This document shows positions 29,201 to 41,200 of a DNA stretch of 64,000 nucleotides, one piece after another (positions within the stretch are counted from its first letter, which is position 1; each line of letters starts with the position of its first letter). The notes below the pieces were generated by a model that did no database searches, was not told the DNA's origin, and saw nothing but the letters and a program-made list of their open reading frames with translations. Origin of the DNA: Paraspadella gotoi. Taxonomy: Eukaryota > Animalia > Chaetognatha. Made by a program: the position numbers and the translations under genes. The stretch lies in assembly GCA_051294375.1 (NCBI GenBank), contig CM119263.1, forward strand, positions 14,586,414 to 14,650,413. Reading direction: 5' to 3'.

Positions 29201-32200
29201 TACTTGGGTAAATTTATTTTTTTAATTTGATTCACTAGTAAGCTGGTGGTAATTTTAAAATAGAACTTAAATTCCAAGACCGTATTTGAATTTGTTGTAG
29301 AAAAAGAAATTGGTAAAAGTAAAATTATATTTTTTTTCTTTCATTAAGTTAATCTGTAATTCTGAATGGAATTATGAATTCTTAATCGAAACCCAACCCC
29401 CACGATTAGCCTTTTGTCTCCAAAAGGCGAGACATACGACCGCAGCTGTGACCCAAGACATGTGAAACAGAAACAAAGTCAAACGAAAAAATACTCTCCG
29501 GCCTCAGCGGCAGCAGGCTGCTGAGGGCCCAGTCTCCCGACGCTGCATCACTCTGCTCGAAGTGCTGCTGAGCCGGGGAACGCGTCACTATTCCGCGAGA
29601 AACGCCAAACGAAGCGCCCAGATGAGACGTCCTGCAGTAAAAGACGCGGAAGAAGGTCTGATCTCCGGGACCAGTCTCCGCCCTCGAGAATGACGCCGAG
29701 ATCGACGCCGCGGCGAAAAGGCCTTCCCGAGACCGCGCATGGCACGAGTAGATCCTGGCGGAGCGTCGACATCGCCTCCAAAAAGAGCGCCTTTAGGAAT
29801 GCGCCGCAAACCGTTGAGGCGAAACGGAGTAAAGGGCGGCGAAGGGGCGCAGAAAAGGAAAAACGTGAGACGGGCGCTAAACATTCGCGACTCGAAAGCC
29901 CACTCCCTCCAGAGCGCAATGGGGCAACGCGATGAACGCCGGCAGGGCGTCCCACCCTGAAGGACGGGCCCATGTGCCCAACGCGATCTGTCTTGGCACA
30001 AGCTTGGACAGAAACAAAACACCGCCCATGATCCGCGGCGAAGCGACGCAGTGGGCTTGATCGAGCACTTGAGCGAAACATCTCCGACGGCCTCCTGGCC
30101 GAAGCTAGAGTGCCAAAAGAAAAAGAGGAGAGCTGCCGAAGAACGTGAAGCGGGAGACGGCGGGGGGCGACGACGTCCAAAACACGCGTAGAACCAACGC
30201 CGCATCCCCCACGGAGGAAACATCCGGCGAGTAGGGGGGACTCCGTCTCGAGTCCGCCGTTGAGAAAAACGTCGAAACGAGGGGGTGTTCCCCCACCGAG
30301 ACGAACCTGTGCCGCAAGGTGGCCGAAATCGCTGAGGCGGTGAAGGTTTCACCGTGCTGTACGAACAAGCCCGTAACCCAACGAGATGGGCTGATCGTAC
30401 TCCCGACAATCCTTCAAGAGACGCTATCAAGTCCTCGACTTCCTTACATTGGAAGGACAAGAGCAAGAAGGAGGTCCAGGCTCGAGCGTAACGATTCTCG
30501 CGTCGAGCCTCTCCACCTGATTCGGCGATGATAGTCGAAGGCCGAGTTCGCTGAGGTCGTAGAGGTCGTTCGCAGGAGTCCGCCGAAAATCTGCCAACAC
30601 CAGCTTGAGACGGTCGGCTTGCGGGCGGCGGAGAGTCCTGTGCTGAGTCGATGACGGCGTCCTCCCGGGACCGGAAGGCTCGTCGAGCCTCCAGAATCTC
30701 AGCGTTCAACACGACGGGCTAACCACTTCTGGCTGGCCAGAAAAGGGCGATCAGAAGGAAGATCCCTGAACGACTCCTCCAGCTTCCGGATGACGCTCGG
30801 GAGGAGAGGTGGTGGAGGAAAGAGAAATGCCCGATCGAAGAATCAAATCTGGCGAGGGCGTCCACACCCTCCGTTGGCGCCTCCGCCTTCGCAAGAGAAG
30901 AAACGGCGCACCTGCGTCGAGTCCTTCGTCGCAAAAAGATCGATGGAGGGAGTGCCGAAGGTCTCGCAGATCTGACGGAAGATCCGTGGAAGGAGATGCC
31001 AATCCGCAACTAGGCGTCCCCTCGACGCCGCATCCGTCACCAAGTTCTCCTCTGACGACAGGTGACTCCCGGTGATAGCATCCCAGGGTATGGGCGATCA
31101 GCAGAGACTCCCGGACAACCTCGTGTAGCTCCGTCGAACGGCTGCACGTGCGCTGGAGACAGAGCAACGACACCAGACTGTCGGCCTACCAAAGAGAATC
31201 GTATTTCTCAGAGAGCTGCCGAATCGAGAGAGGAAGATCTTCAACACCATGAACTCCTTCACATTGATATGGTGATGGACATCTGCAGCCTCCCAGGCTC
31301 CCCTGGTGAAGCTCTCCCTGGAAAAGAGTGCCCCAACCCTCCTGCAGGCATCCGTCGTCACTACGTGGGCGCAATCTTCTGGGAGCAGATCGTCCACCGG
31401 CGGCGACGCAGTCCTCCAGGCGAAGCGAACTGACACCACTCTAGCTCCTCCCGCGCTGAAGCGTCTAACAGCGTTGGGCGATCGAGATCCTTCTCGGAGT
31501 GGCAGACGGCGGTTGACGTTCTTGAATCCGGGCGGAAGTGGCAACGGAGAAGCGGAACTGCGAGCGTGGCCCGCCGGTGGCGTGTCCGAGAAACTGAAGG
31601 ACAAAAACGCGCCGGCGGGAGAGACGACGAGAGGAGTGAAGTCGCTAAACTCCGGATCGATTCCAACTTGGGCGGCGGAAGCGAGGATCTGATGAAGCTG
31701 ACCGTCCCAATGAAAACCGAGGAAATCGAAGACTGATAGGGAGTCAGGCTCGACTTCTCCGGTGGAGAATGAAACCCGCCTCCAAGAGCAGTTGGACCGC
31801 CTTCAACGTCGCTTGGTGACACTCCTCCTTCGATGAGCCAGGATTGAGGATGTCGTCGATATAGAAGAGACAACGAAATGCCTCTCTGCTCAGCCATGAA
31901 CTAGCGGGCGCGTTGTCTTCATGAAGAGCCACGGCCCGTCGCCAAAACCGAAGGGAAGAACCTTGTACTGGAAGATCCGACCCTTCCAAATGAATCGACA
32001 AAACTTTCGATGCTCCTCGTGAAGCGGAAGGGGGAGATAAGCGTCGCGTAGGTCCGATTGAGGCGCCCCAATCTCCCCGTCGAAACCATCTTCCTGATGT
32101 CCTTGACCCCTTCCAAGCGGAAATACGGAGGTGAGAGAAAAGCGGCGTTGAGACGCTTCAGGTTGAGAATGGGCCTCCACCCTCCATCCTTCTTCGGTAC

Positions 32201-35200
32201 AAGGAAGAACCTGGAGTAAAAACCCGGAGAGGCCTCTACCTCCTCGATCGCAACCTCTCTCCAAGGCGGCGGAGATTTCCGCTTCGACCGCGCGTCGTCC
32301 CTCTCGCCGAAAGATGGCGTCGCGTCGGCAGGACGAGGAAGACGGGTTGGGATCGCCTCCGCATCGGCGATCTTGAAGCCCGAAATGTTCGTCAAAATTG
32401 GAGAGGTCGGCCCGACCTGACGAATCCGATCTTGAAGAGGGCCTGCAGCCCGGACGAGGCGGGACTGCATCGGCGGAGAAACCCGTCATTTCGCAGGCTT
32501 GGCTCCCCTGTCCTGCCCGTTTCCCGACTCTGAACGATAGGGCTTCTTGCGCTCTTCGCGGCTTGAAGTTGGACTTCGACGCTTTGAAACCTTGACGACG
32601 TTATCAAGAAAGCGAGGGCGTGCGGCGATCGGATTAAGGCGGCGTTGACCGCTGACGAAACTTGATCGAGCGATTTCCGAAGAAAAACTCTGGTGGAGCG
32701 GCGTCCTGCAGCGCCCCACGCAGATCGGACGGCGCCTTCGACAAAACCGAACGTCGAACTTCCAAAAGCGCGCGTTGAACGCGGTTGCCTGGATGGACGC
32801 AATATCGCGTAGGGGCGAAGCCAGCGAGGGGATGCGCTCCACCCACCTGATCCGCTGAAATACCCGCCTTGATGGCGTCCGACACAAAGGCGTAGCTCGT
32901 CGGCGACAAAAAGACGGCGTAGACCGACGCGCCCGCCTCCTGCATCGTGCATAAATGTTGACGGTAGACAGGATAACTGGTGTAAGATAGCCGCTTCGGA
33001 AGGCGGATCAAACACCCGTCGTGATCTGGAAGTGGAAACGACGCCGGTGAGGCGTGGTCCACACCAACGACGAAGCGCGAGTTGCGAGGTTTGTGCGAGA
33101 CTCCCAGCTTCTCGCCAACTCCCCTGACTCCGAGACGTGACGAAGCGAACGCCATTGCTTCGAAACTCCATAGACGGCGACGCCGCTCCTTGGCGGCGGG
33201 CTGCAAGGCGTAGAAAGGCCCGATCGACGTCTGGTCGGACCTCACTCTCCATCTCCCGATGAGGGTGTGTCCAGTCCCGGAGCTGGGTGCGACGCCGTGT
33301 GCCGTCCAGCGGTGAAGGCGACGCGTTGCGTCTAGAGGCCGAGGCAGGAGCCCGTGGGCGGGACTGCTCTTGGAAGCGAAGGACTCGTCAAGGACACACG
33401 GCGAAGGGAAAGGCGAAGTGAAGTCGTCCGTTCGATAAAATCACATGAACGAAGCAAAAAACGAGAATTAGATTACATATCAATCGAGGAAACCCCCCCC
33501 CTTCTTTCTCTCTATCCACAAATATTCAGCAAAAAAGAAAATATTGAAACTAAACACACAGAAAAAAAACGGAAACCCGAACCACACCCGCACCTACACC
33601 CACCCGCGAGGCGAAAGGGCGGCGGCGGAGAATGTGGGGGGCGTTTCGATAAGAATCATAATTCCATCAGAATTACAGATTCTCTATTCGAAACCCCCCC
33701 CACATTAGCCTCAGTAAAGAGAAAAAACGCGGGCGTGTGAACAAAAATATAAAAAATAAAAAACGAAAGAAAGAAAGAAAGAGAAACAAAAATTTGATGG
33801 AGGGGCAAATAAAAGAATTTGCAAACGACTTCGAATAAAAGAACATCCCACATTAAACGCTCACCGGCGGAAATCTTTCCATCTCCTGGCGAAGCGAATC
33901 CGCATTTCCTTGAAAAACCCGTTGAGGGCGTCCTTCAAATACTTCCAGGCCTCCAGCCGTTGCGCACGCCTCCAGGGCTGCGTGTAGGCTGTCCACCCCC
34001 CGAACGACACCCCTGGTGCCGGGTTGCGGCGCCCCTGCGCGCGCGGCCCGAGGCGCCGTAACCGAGGTAACGGAAGACAGCGCCTAAAGCAGAGAGGGGT
34101 GGAGAGAAACACCGAACCGGGGCGCGAGGCATACTGGCGACGCAGTCGCGCCCACGTGTCTCAGGGTCCCTCAAACCCTTGGTCGAAACCGAAGATTTCG
34201 TTGAACTGCGATCGCGCGATCCTTCTTCGAGATTAATCGCGCGAATTCTTACGATCGTCGAATAAACAAAGAGACGAGCGTGAAAGTTCAAAATTCGATA
34301 TGAAAACAATAATATCGAAGGAAAGGTCCCGATAATAATCGAAAAAAGCGCTAAAAATAAGCGAAAGCGACTGATCACATAGAGCGCGAAAAAGAAGTGA
34401 CGCGTCCCCGGCCTCAGCAGCACTCGACAGAGTGATGCAGCGTCGGGACTGGGCCCTGCAGCAGCTCTGCTGCCGCTGAGGCCGGAGAGTATTTTTTCGT
34501 TTGACTTTTGTTTCTGTTTCACATGTCTGGTCACGCGCGGGTCTCGCCTTTGGGGAGACAAAAGGCTAATGTGGGGGGGTTTCGAATAGAGAATCAAAAA
34601 TGTAAAAAACTATACCGATTTTTAATTAACAATTTGACCTACTTAATGAAAAAGATTTACATTTTTTTCTATAAACTTTTTTATAAAGAATTTGAATCTT
34701 CATAAAAATTTTGACATTATTTATAATTAAATTAAATTCCCATGTATAAAATCTGGAACCTTAAACTTTATTACTCAAAAAATTAAATTTGATACAAAAA
34801 AACTAAATTTTGTACAAACTTATCCAAAAAATGAAATTAATCAAAATCAAATAATTTGAAGTGAATGAATGAAATAAATTTATATTTAAATATATTGTGT
34901 ATTGACTTTCGATTTCGTTGTGTTTCGAATTTAGGGAGGAAAACAATTTATTTGTTTTGCTTCAACAAATTTTTTGGACATTTTTTCGGACATGTTTCGA
35001 CTCTACAGTTAGAGTCTTCATCAGCATTGTATGTATATATATTATATATTTATAAATAAAAGAATTAAAATAAATAAATTATATTGAATAAATAAATTTA
35101 AAAGTATGAATTGAATTAACTAAATTGCGTGTATGAGTGAGAGAGAGATAATTAAAAAAGATAGAGAGAAGCTGGACAGCTGCTGAGGAGCTAAGACGCA

Positions 35201-38200
35201 GAGACAGATCACGCTTAATTTCATGTGTACGAATTTACGAATTTACTTTGGCTGACCATTTGTACTAACAAGCCATCCCTTCCTGATAGTTATGCTGGAC
35301 AAATACTTGCAAAATATGATTCGGCCCAGAATGATACAGTAAAATACAGTGTAAAAGTTGAAATTTGGACTAGATATTTTGTTTCTCTGAATTCTTAAAC
35401 CATAAGCCTTAAACGAGTAAGACAATGGGTAACAACTGAAAGTGATATGTCTCTAGATGATAAATTTTTTTAAAAAAATTTTATTTTGAAATTTAGGTAT
35501 TATACAAATAGGATAAATTGAGAAACTCACGCTTTGCCAAAATTTTTATTTAACAAAGATTTTTACTGCGTAGTTCAAATCCTTAATTCTCCGATGATAA
35601 AGAAAGTTATTTTTTTGCATCACTTTTGAAAGAAAAAAGATAGGATACTGGGCGAGGTATCAAATTAAAGCCCTAATCATGGGATTCCTTTCTGAAATAG
35701 TTTTTATAAATTTTATCCAAAAATGTTAAGACAGGATTTGTTTAAAACCTAGTTAAACGTATAATAGTTTTCAGAGTTAAAAATTTTAATGAAGGCATAT
35801 GAATTTTTTTGTTTTTCTTTGACTGAATTACATTTTGATTACCAAAAAAGCTTTTTTATTCCATAAATTTGCATATATTTTTAGTTAAAGTAAAAAACAA
35901 GCAAAAATACATAAAGTAGCATGATAAAATGTTATTTTAAATATGTAAAATTATAAATTAAAAGTTATTTTCAGTTTAATATAAACAGTTTGGATGTTTA
36001 CCTTTTTGTCTGTGAAAAAAAAATAATCATTTTTCATTATGTTTAACTGAAACAAAAAGCTTGACCCACTGCTTGTTTATTATATTACAATTTTAACTAG
36101 ATACAAATACAAACATATATTTTTTAAATTTTATTTTAAGCTTTTATCATTTTTTTTATATAAAACATCTAATATTATCAATTTGAGTAAAGCTTTACTT
36201 CTTTAAAGATTTGGACTTGACCAATGGTCATTCAGAATTTTAGTTTTGCATAAAAAATATTGATATCAAAAAACGAAAAACATCAGATTGTTCCAAAATC
36301 GAATGCCTTGAATCTGATATTTTTCAAAATGCAAAATTTTGATTCATAGTCTAGATCTAAAATTCTGAACACAAAAATGTTTTTTTCAATAATTTTTCAA
36401 TAATTAAAAATTAATTAAGCATATTATTATTGCATATTAAAAAGCCAAATTTATCATACATATTGGCAAAAGATTGCTCTTTTGAAAAATCTTTTTGAAT
36501 ATCTTTGCTGTTGATGATGATGGTCTATTACAATGAACAAGTTCAAATATAGATAAAAAGAAAAAATTATTTTGTAATTCTAGTAACATAATTCATTTAG
36601 ATATTTTGTAATATTCCCAGATAAAAAATTATTGCTCTTTTTCTGTAGATAATGAATATCTATTGTTAAAGCTCATTATGTACATTTGTAAGGTAACCAC
36701 TAACCAAGGCTCTTATGCTCTTATGCTACTACAATTTTTTGTAAGAATTTTTCTGGACTTTTTGAAGATTATGAATCAAATATGGCGACGAGTGAAGTAA
36801 AAATGATCATAAGTAGGGTGGGAAGCAAATTAAGCGTTATCTGTCTCTGCGTCCTAAACTCGTTTTTATCGTTTTATTATCGTTTTATCAGCAGATTCCG
36901 ACTCTATAATTCGCTTTGTCGGTCCGTCCCCTCAATATTGTCGGGCATTTACTTAAATTATGTCAGAATATCGAATTATGATATATCTAATACTTAAGGG
37001 AGTGGTCTTTTCATACAATTGAACATCATTTGAAATATTTTCCACTTCATTGATAGGGAAGCCAGGTACTCTGGGAGTGAATAAACGGGACTGTGAGAGA
37101 GTCTTGATTGAAAGCTTGCAGGGACCTGCTATGTCATTATCTTGTAAGAGTGATGGAGGCCTTAAACCACAAAAGCCTGTCCAAAGTCAGGGGCAAGATA
37201 GCTTATAATATTAATGAAGGATAATTTTTATATTGGTTGTACAAATTTCATATTATGCTGTCGGTTCGTCCGTCCCCTTTAAAAAAATATCAATTACTCG
37301 TGATTGATGGATGAATTGGAATGAAATTGTGTGTGTGGTTAGGAAAGTGTGTGATTAAGCTGGATATTAAGTTTCGATAGAATCGTGCGAGTGGAAATGA
37401 GTTTAAGGGGAAAAAAAAGACACATTTACTTGAATTAATTTTACTAATTTTAATAATTGGATGGATTGAATGAAATGAAATTTTGTGTGTGGATGGAACA
37501 ATATGTGATTGAGCAGGATATAAAGTTTCAATGGGATAACGGGTGGAAATGAGTTTGAATAAAAAAAATTTAAAAGAATAAGGATCGTCGCAATTGCATA
37601 AAAAAATCTGGATTGACGACAATTTTGATACTAAAAAAAATAATTTTGAAAGAAAATAATTTATAAACAGAAAGAAAAGAAGAAAAGAATAAATAAAGAT
37701 AGAAGAAGAAAGAATAGAAAGAAAGAAAGAAAGAAAAAAGAAAGAATAAAAAGGAAAGAAAGAAAAAGAAAGAATGAAAGAAAGAAAGAATAGAAAGAAG
37801 AAGAATGAAAGAATAGAAGGAGAAAAAAAGAAAATTAATTTATAAACAGAAAGAAAAATTCTATTTGCGATTGTCAATTTATAGTTTTACAGTTTCTGAA
37901 AAAACAAAAACAAAAAAAAAACTTTTTCATTGTCTAAAGAATAAATATAAAACAGTAAAATAACTTATTTTCGAGTTTAATTTTTAGCAAGTGGAGTAAC
38001 ATTATTGGGTACTTTTGTTTTACTTTAAGCACGCATAAGCGAGCAGTTTGATCGAATGCGACTCTCTAAACACTGTCAGCATTCCAAGACAAAAGACAGT
38101 GAAACTTGAATCAGACTGACGAAGTGAAGTAAAGACTAAAGTGAAATAAAACCCGATGTTACTATAGCAAAATGATAACATGCACGAATGCGATGCCTAA

Positions 38201-41200
38201 TTTTACGAGTTACATCCCAATTCAAATTTTTTTTTAATAAAAACACAGAGAGAGAGAGAGAGAGAAAAGAAAGAAATCAAATGGCGGCAGCAGCAGAAGC
38301 AGCAGGAGAAAAGAGAGAAAAAGAGAGAGCCCCTGCAGAGCCAGCTGCAGACTCAAAGGCAGCAGCAAAAGCAGCAGGGAAAATAGAGAAAAAGAATAAA
38401 CCCTGCAGAGCCAGCTGGAGACTCGTTTTTTTCCCTATGATTATGAATCAGTGAATAGGGAAAGAGAGAGGGAGAGAGACATGTAATTAAAAGAAAAAAG
38501 AGAGAGAGAGAAATATGAAAAAAAAATTTTGTTTGTTTTGATAAAACATAAACAAAACATTTTATACTGTCCAGACTCAATTTTAAGCACATCGATGATG
38601 AGAAGCTGTATATAAATATTTCAGCTTCATAAACCCAAATTTAATCATAAAAAAGGCCATCTATAATTTGGAACGCCGACGAGGACGACGCCGACGACGC
38701 CACTTATGCGCAAAAGTGTTACAATATCGTCGCAAACGCTCAGCGATTGCGACGATAAAAAGTTGACGTGAATTTTTATTATTATGCCTACTCATAAATG
38801 TTTTAATGAATCAATTAATTAATTGATTAATTAATTAACGTGAAAACATTTTGCAAGTTAAAAAATGGTGCAAGTTGGAAAAAAGATGCAAGTTGAAAAA
38901 ATGATGCAAGTTAAAAAAATTATGCATGTATTGGCGAAGTCATTGGTTTGGTATGGTACGATCTGTTCTGATCAGTAAGGATCACAAATTGATATAATTA
39001 TCGTGATTTATCATCTGATTAGCCGATTACCGCTTTATTATCGTAGGCCGATACGACATCGTTTGCTCAAACTTGTTAAAATATAAGTGCTCAATTGTGA
39101 TTCCAAATTTTCACTTCACTCTATTGTTCATTGATCATTAAGGCGTAGTGAAAGTTGCATACGAAAATTCTAAAAAGTCAATTATGAACAACATACCATC
39201 AGTGAACATTAATTTGTAAAAAAAATTAATTTATGTTTTTTAATTTTCGCAGTAGGCTATATTTATATATAGTACTATCCTTATAAAATCGAAAAAATTT
39301 CAAAATAGGCTTTTCTTAATTTTGATTGCAGATTTGAATTCCTCGACAAAAGTTGATGAAAGAAAATATAAATCATTTTTAAAAATTCTTTCATTAAGTG
39401 GGTTAAAAATTAAAAAAACTATATTTAATATATAAAAAGTTAATTTTCAGCTTAAAATATAGCCTTTTCTAATTTTTGACCCACTTAATGAAGGAATTTT
39501 TCAAAAAGAGTTATATTTCTTTTATCAACTTTTTATGACGAATCCAAATCTGCAAAAAAATGTTTAAAAAAACTGTTTTGAAATTTTAACATTTATTGGT
39601 TTAGTACTAGTATAAATATGGCTTACTGCGTAAATTGTAAAATTTATTCTAAATTTTTTTATTATTACTTTTAGAATTTTAATTAAAGTTGAATTTAGGA
39701 ATTTTACTACGCCTTATTGATCATTGATCAAATAACTTTCTTACCCAAGCATATTCTTCACGAGAGCTAGACCTGCCGCCGGCGTTATCTGTGCCTCGAC
39801 CGCGGAATTTCCTGTAGTCACGGCTGTCGCTGACTGCCGTGATTCGCCGCGGGATTCTGCGGCGCCTAATAAGAAAAGAAAAGAGGCATTTTATAAATCT
39901 TCCCGCTGTTGCACATTTTAATCTTCAAGTATCTCACTGGCAAGACCAGCTTGGTTAGCGGTGGCGATGCTGGATCTGCCAGCGGCGGGGGTGGAGGAGA
40001 TAGCAGACAATTGAGGTAAGCTACTCGGTCCCGGAAATCCGTAAAGATCGGCGACAGAGATTGAACCAAAACGTTCGGAGGGACAAACTGCAAGCAATGA
40101 ATCGTCAACGTTGCGAGTCAGAAAATTTAGTTTGAAATGAACAGTTTGCTTGCCTCCTTGTCCATGTTGGGATTTTTGCAAGCGTCGATGCGGCGGGTTA
40201 AGGTGGAAAGTGACTCGTGAAGTTTTTGCGACTGGCGATTGCTGTGAGCAACTTCCGATTTTATCTTGACCTGCAATGAACCAAGAAATGTTAAAGTCAC
40301 CATAAATTATGGCATAATTTACTATTTAAATCATTCGTCCAAAAACCTGCGTATTAGTAATCCAGCGGCCGAGTTTCTCTATAAAGAGAAGATCGACAGT
40401 ATGGTGCTTGAAGCGATCCTCGAATTTGCTGACGATGTCGGAGATCTGCTCCTGACGTCGTCCCTCGAGACCTTCCAAGTCAGCCATTACGGAAGTTTCC
40501 GTTTGATTGATACGCTAAAACGATTTGAAAAATGTCGAAGGGTATATAACTTGCAGTTAGCGAAGATTATATAGGTAACCTGGGTAAGATCTTATGTAAA
40601 TTTTCGCTATAGAAATTACTGTGCTAAGTAAAAAAAACCTGGGTAAGTTTTTCCAGTTTTTTCCTGAAGTCCTCGATCTCCTCCGGACAGTAGTTTCCTC
40701 CATCGGAAAAAAGCTTAAAGGATCTGACGAATTTTGCATTGGACTCCCGCATTCGCTGAAAAAGATTACACTTTCTAAATTAAAACCATTATTGTACAAA
40801 TTGTCGTCGACGCTTACTTGCAAGGTTTCGTCCAGCTTCTTTCGGTATTCTCGAAGAGAAGTTCTTATCTGGTTCATAAACTTTATTTGTAAATTTTGCA
40901 ATTGGTTCTGCAGCGCAACCAGCCTTCGAAACAAAGATAAAACAAAATTAAATGAGTTTAACTTTAAAAAAAAAAAAACCTGGAAAAAATATTAAAGACC
41001 AACTTTGAACTCTTGGTGGCCTCGACGAAGACCGACTCTAAATTATCGATGTTAACTTTGAACTGATCCACGATTTTCTGATGCTCCTGAGTGAGATCAT
41101 TGAATTGCACCTTGATGTCCGCTAACGCGTTAGCGACACCCTGCAAATTGGCGAGAATGATAATCATTCATTTTCATTTATAGAGAGTTTACTGCAACGT

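Larger units (their letters stand above)
29351..34595 (-). mobile_element. DIRS1-type tyrosine-recombinase retrotransposon, full length but frameshifted, in a CCDC180 intron
   Basis: ITRs ~29387-29555 and ~34428-34586; ICR 33631-33710; gag, RT, RNase H, methyltransferase and YR motifs on minus strand; AATC at both ends; GC-rich island in AT-rich DNA. Confidence 0.93.

Noticed and set aside
29690-31692. Plus-strand ORFs inside the DIRS
   Set aside because: Shadow ORFs of GC-rich coding sequence with no recognisable motifs
37290-37877. 195-aa Phe/Leu-rich ORF and similar ORFs at 7.2-7.8 kb and 38.2-38.6 kb
   Set aside because: Translations of low-complexity repeat sequence
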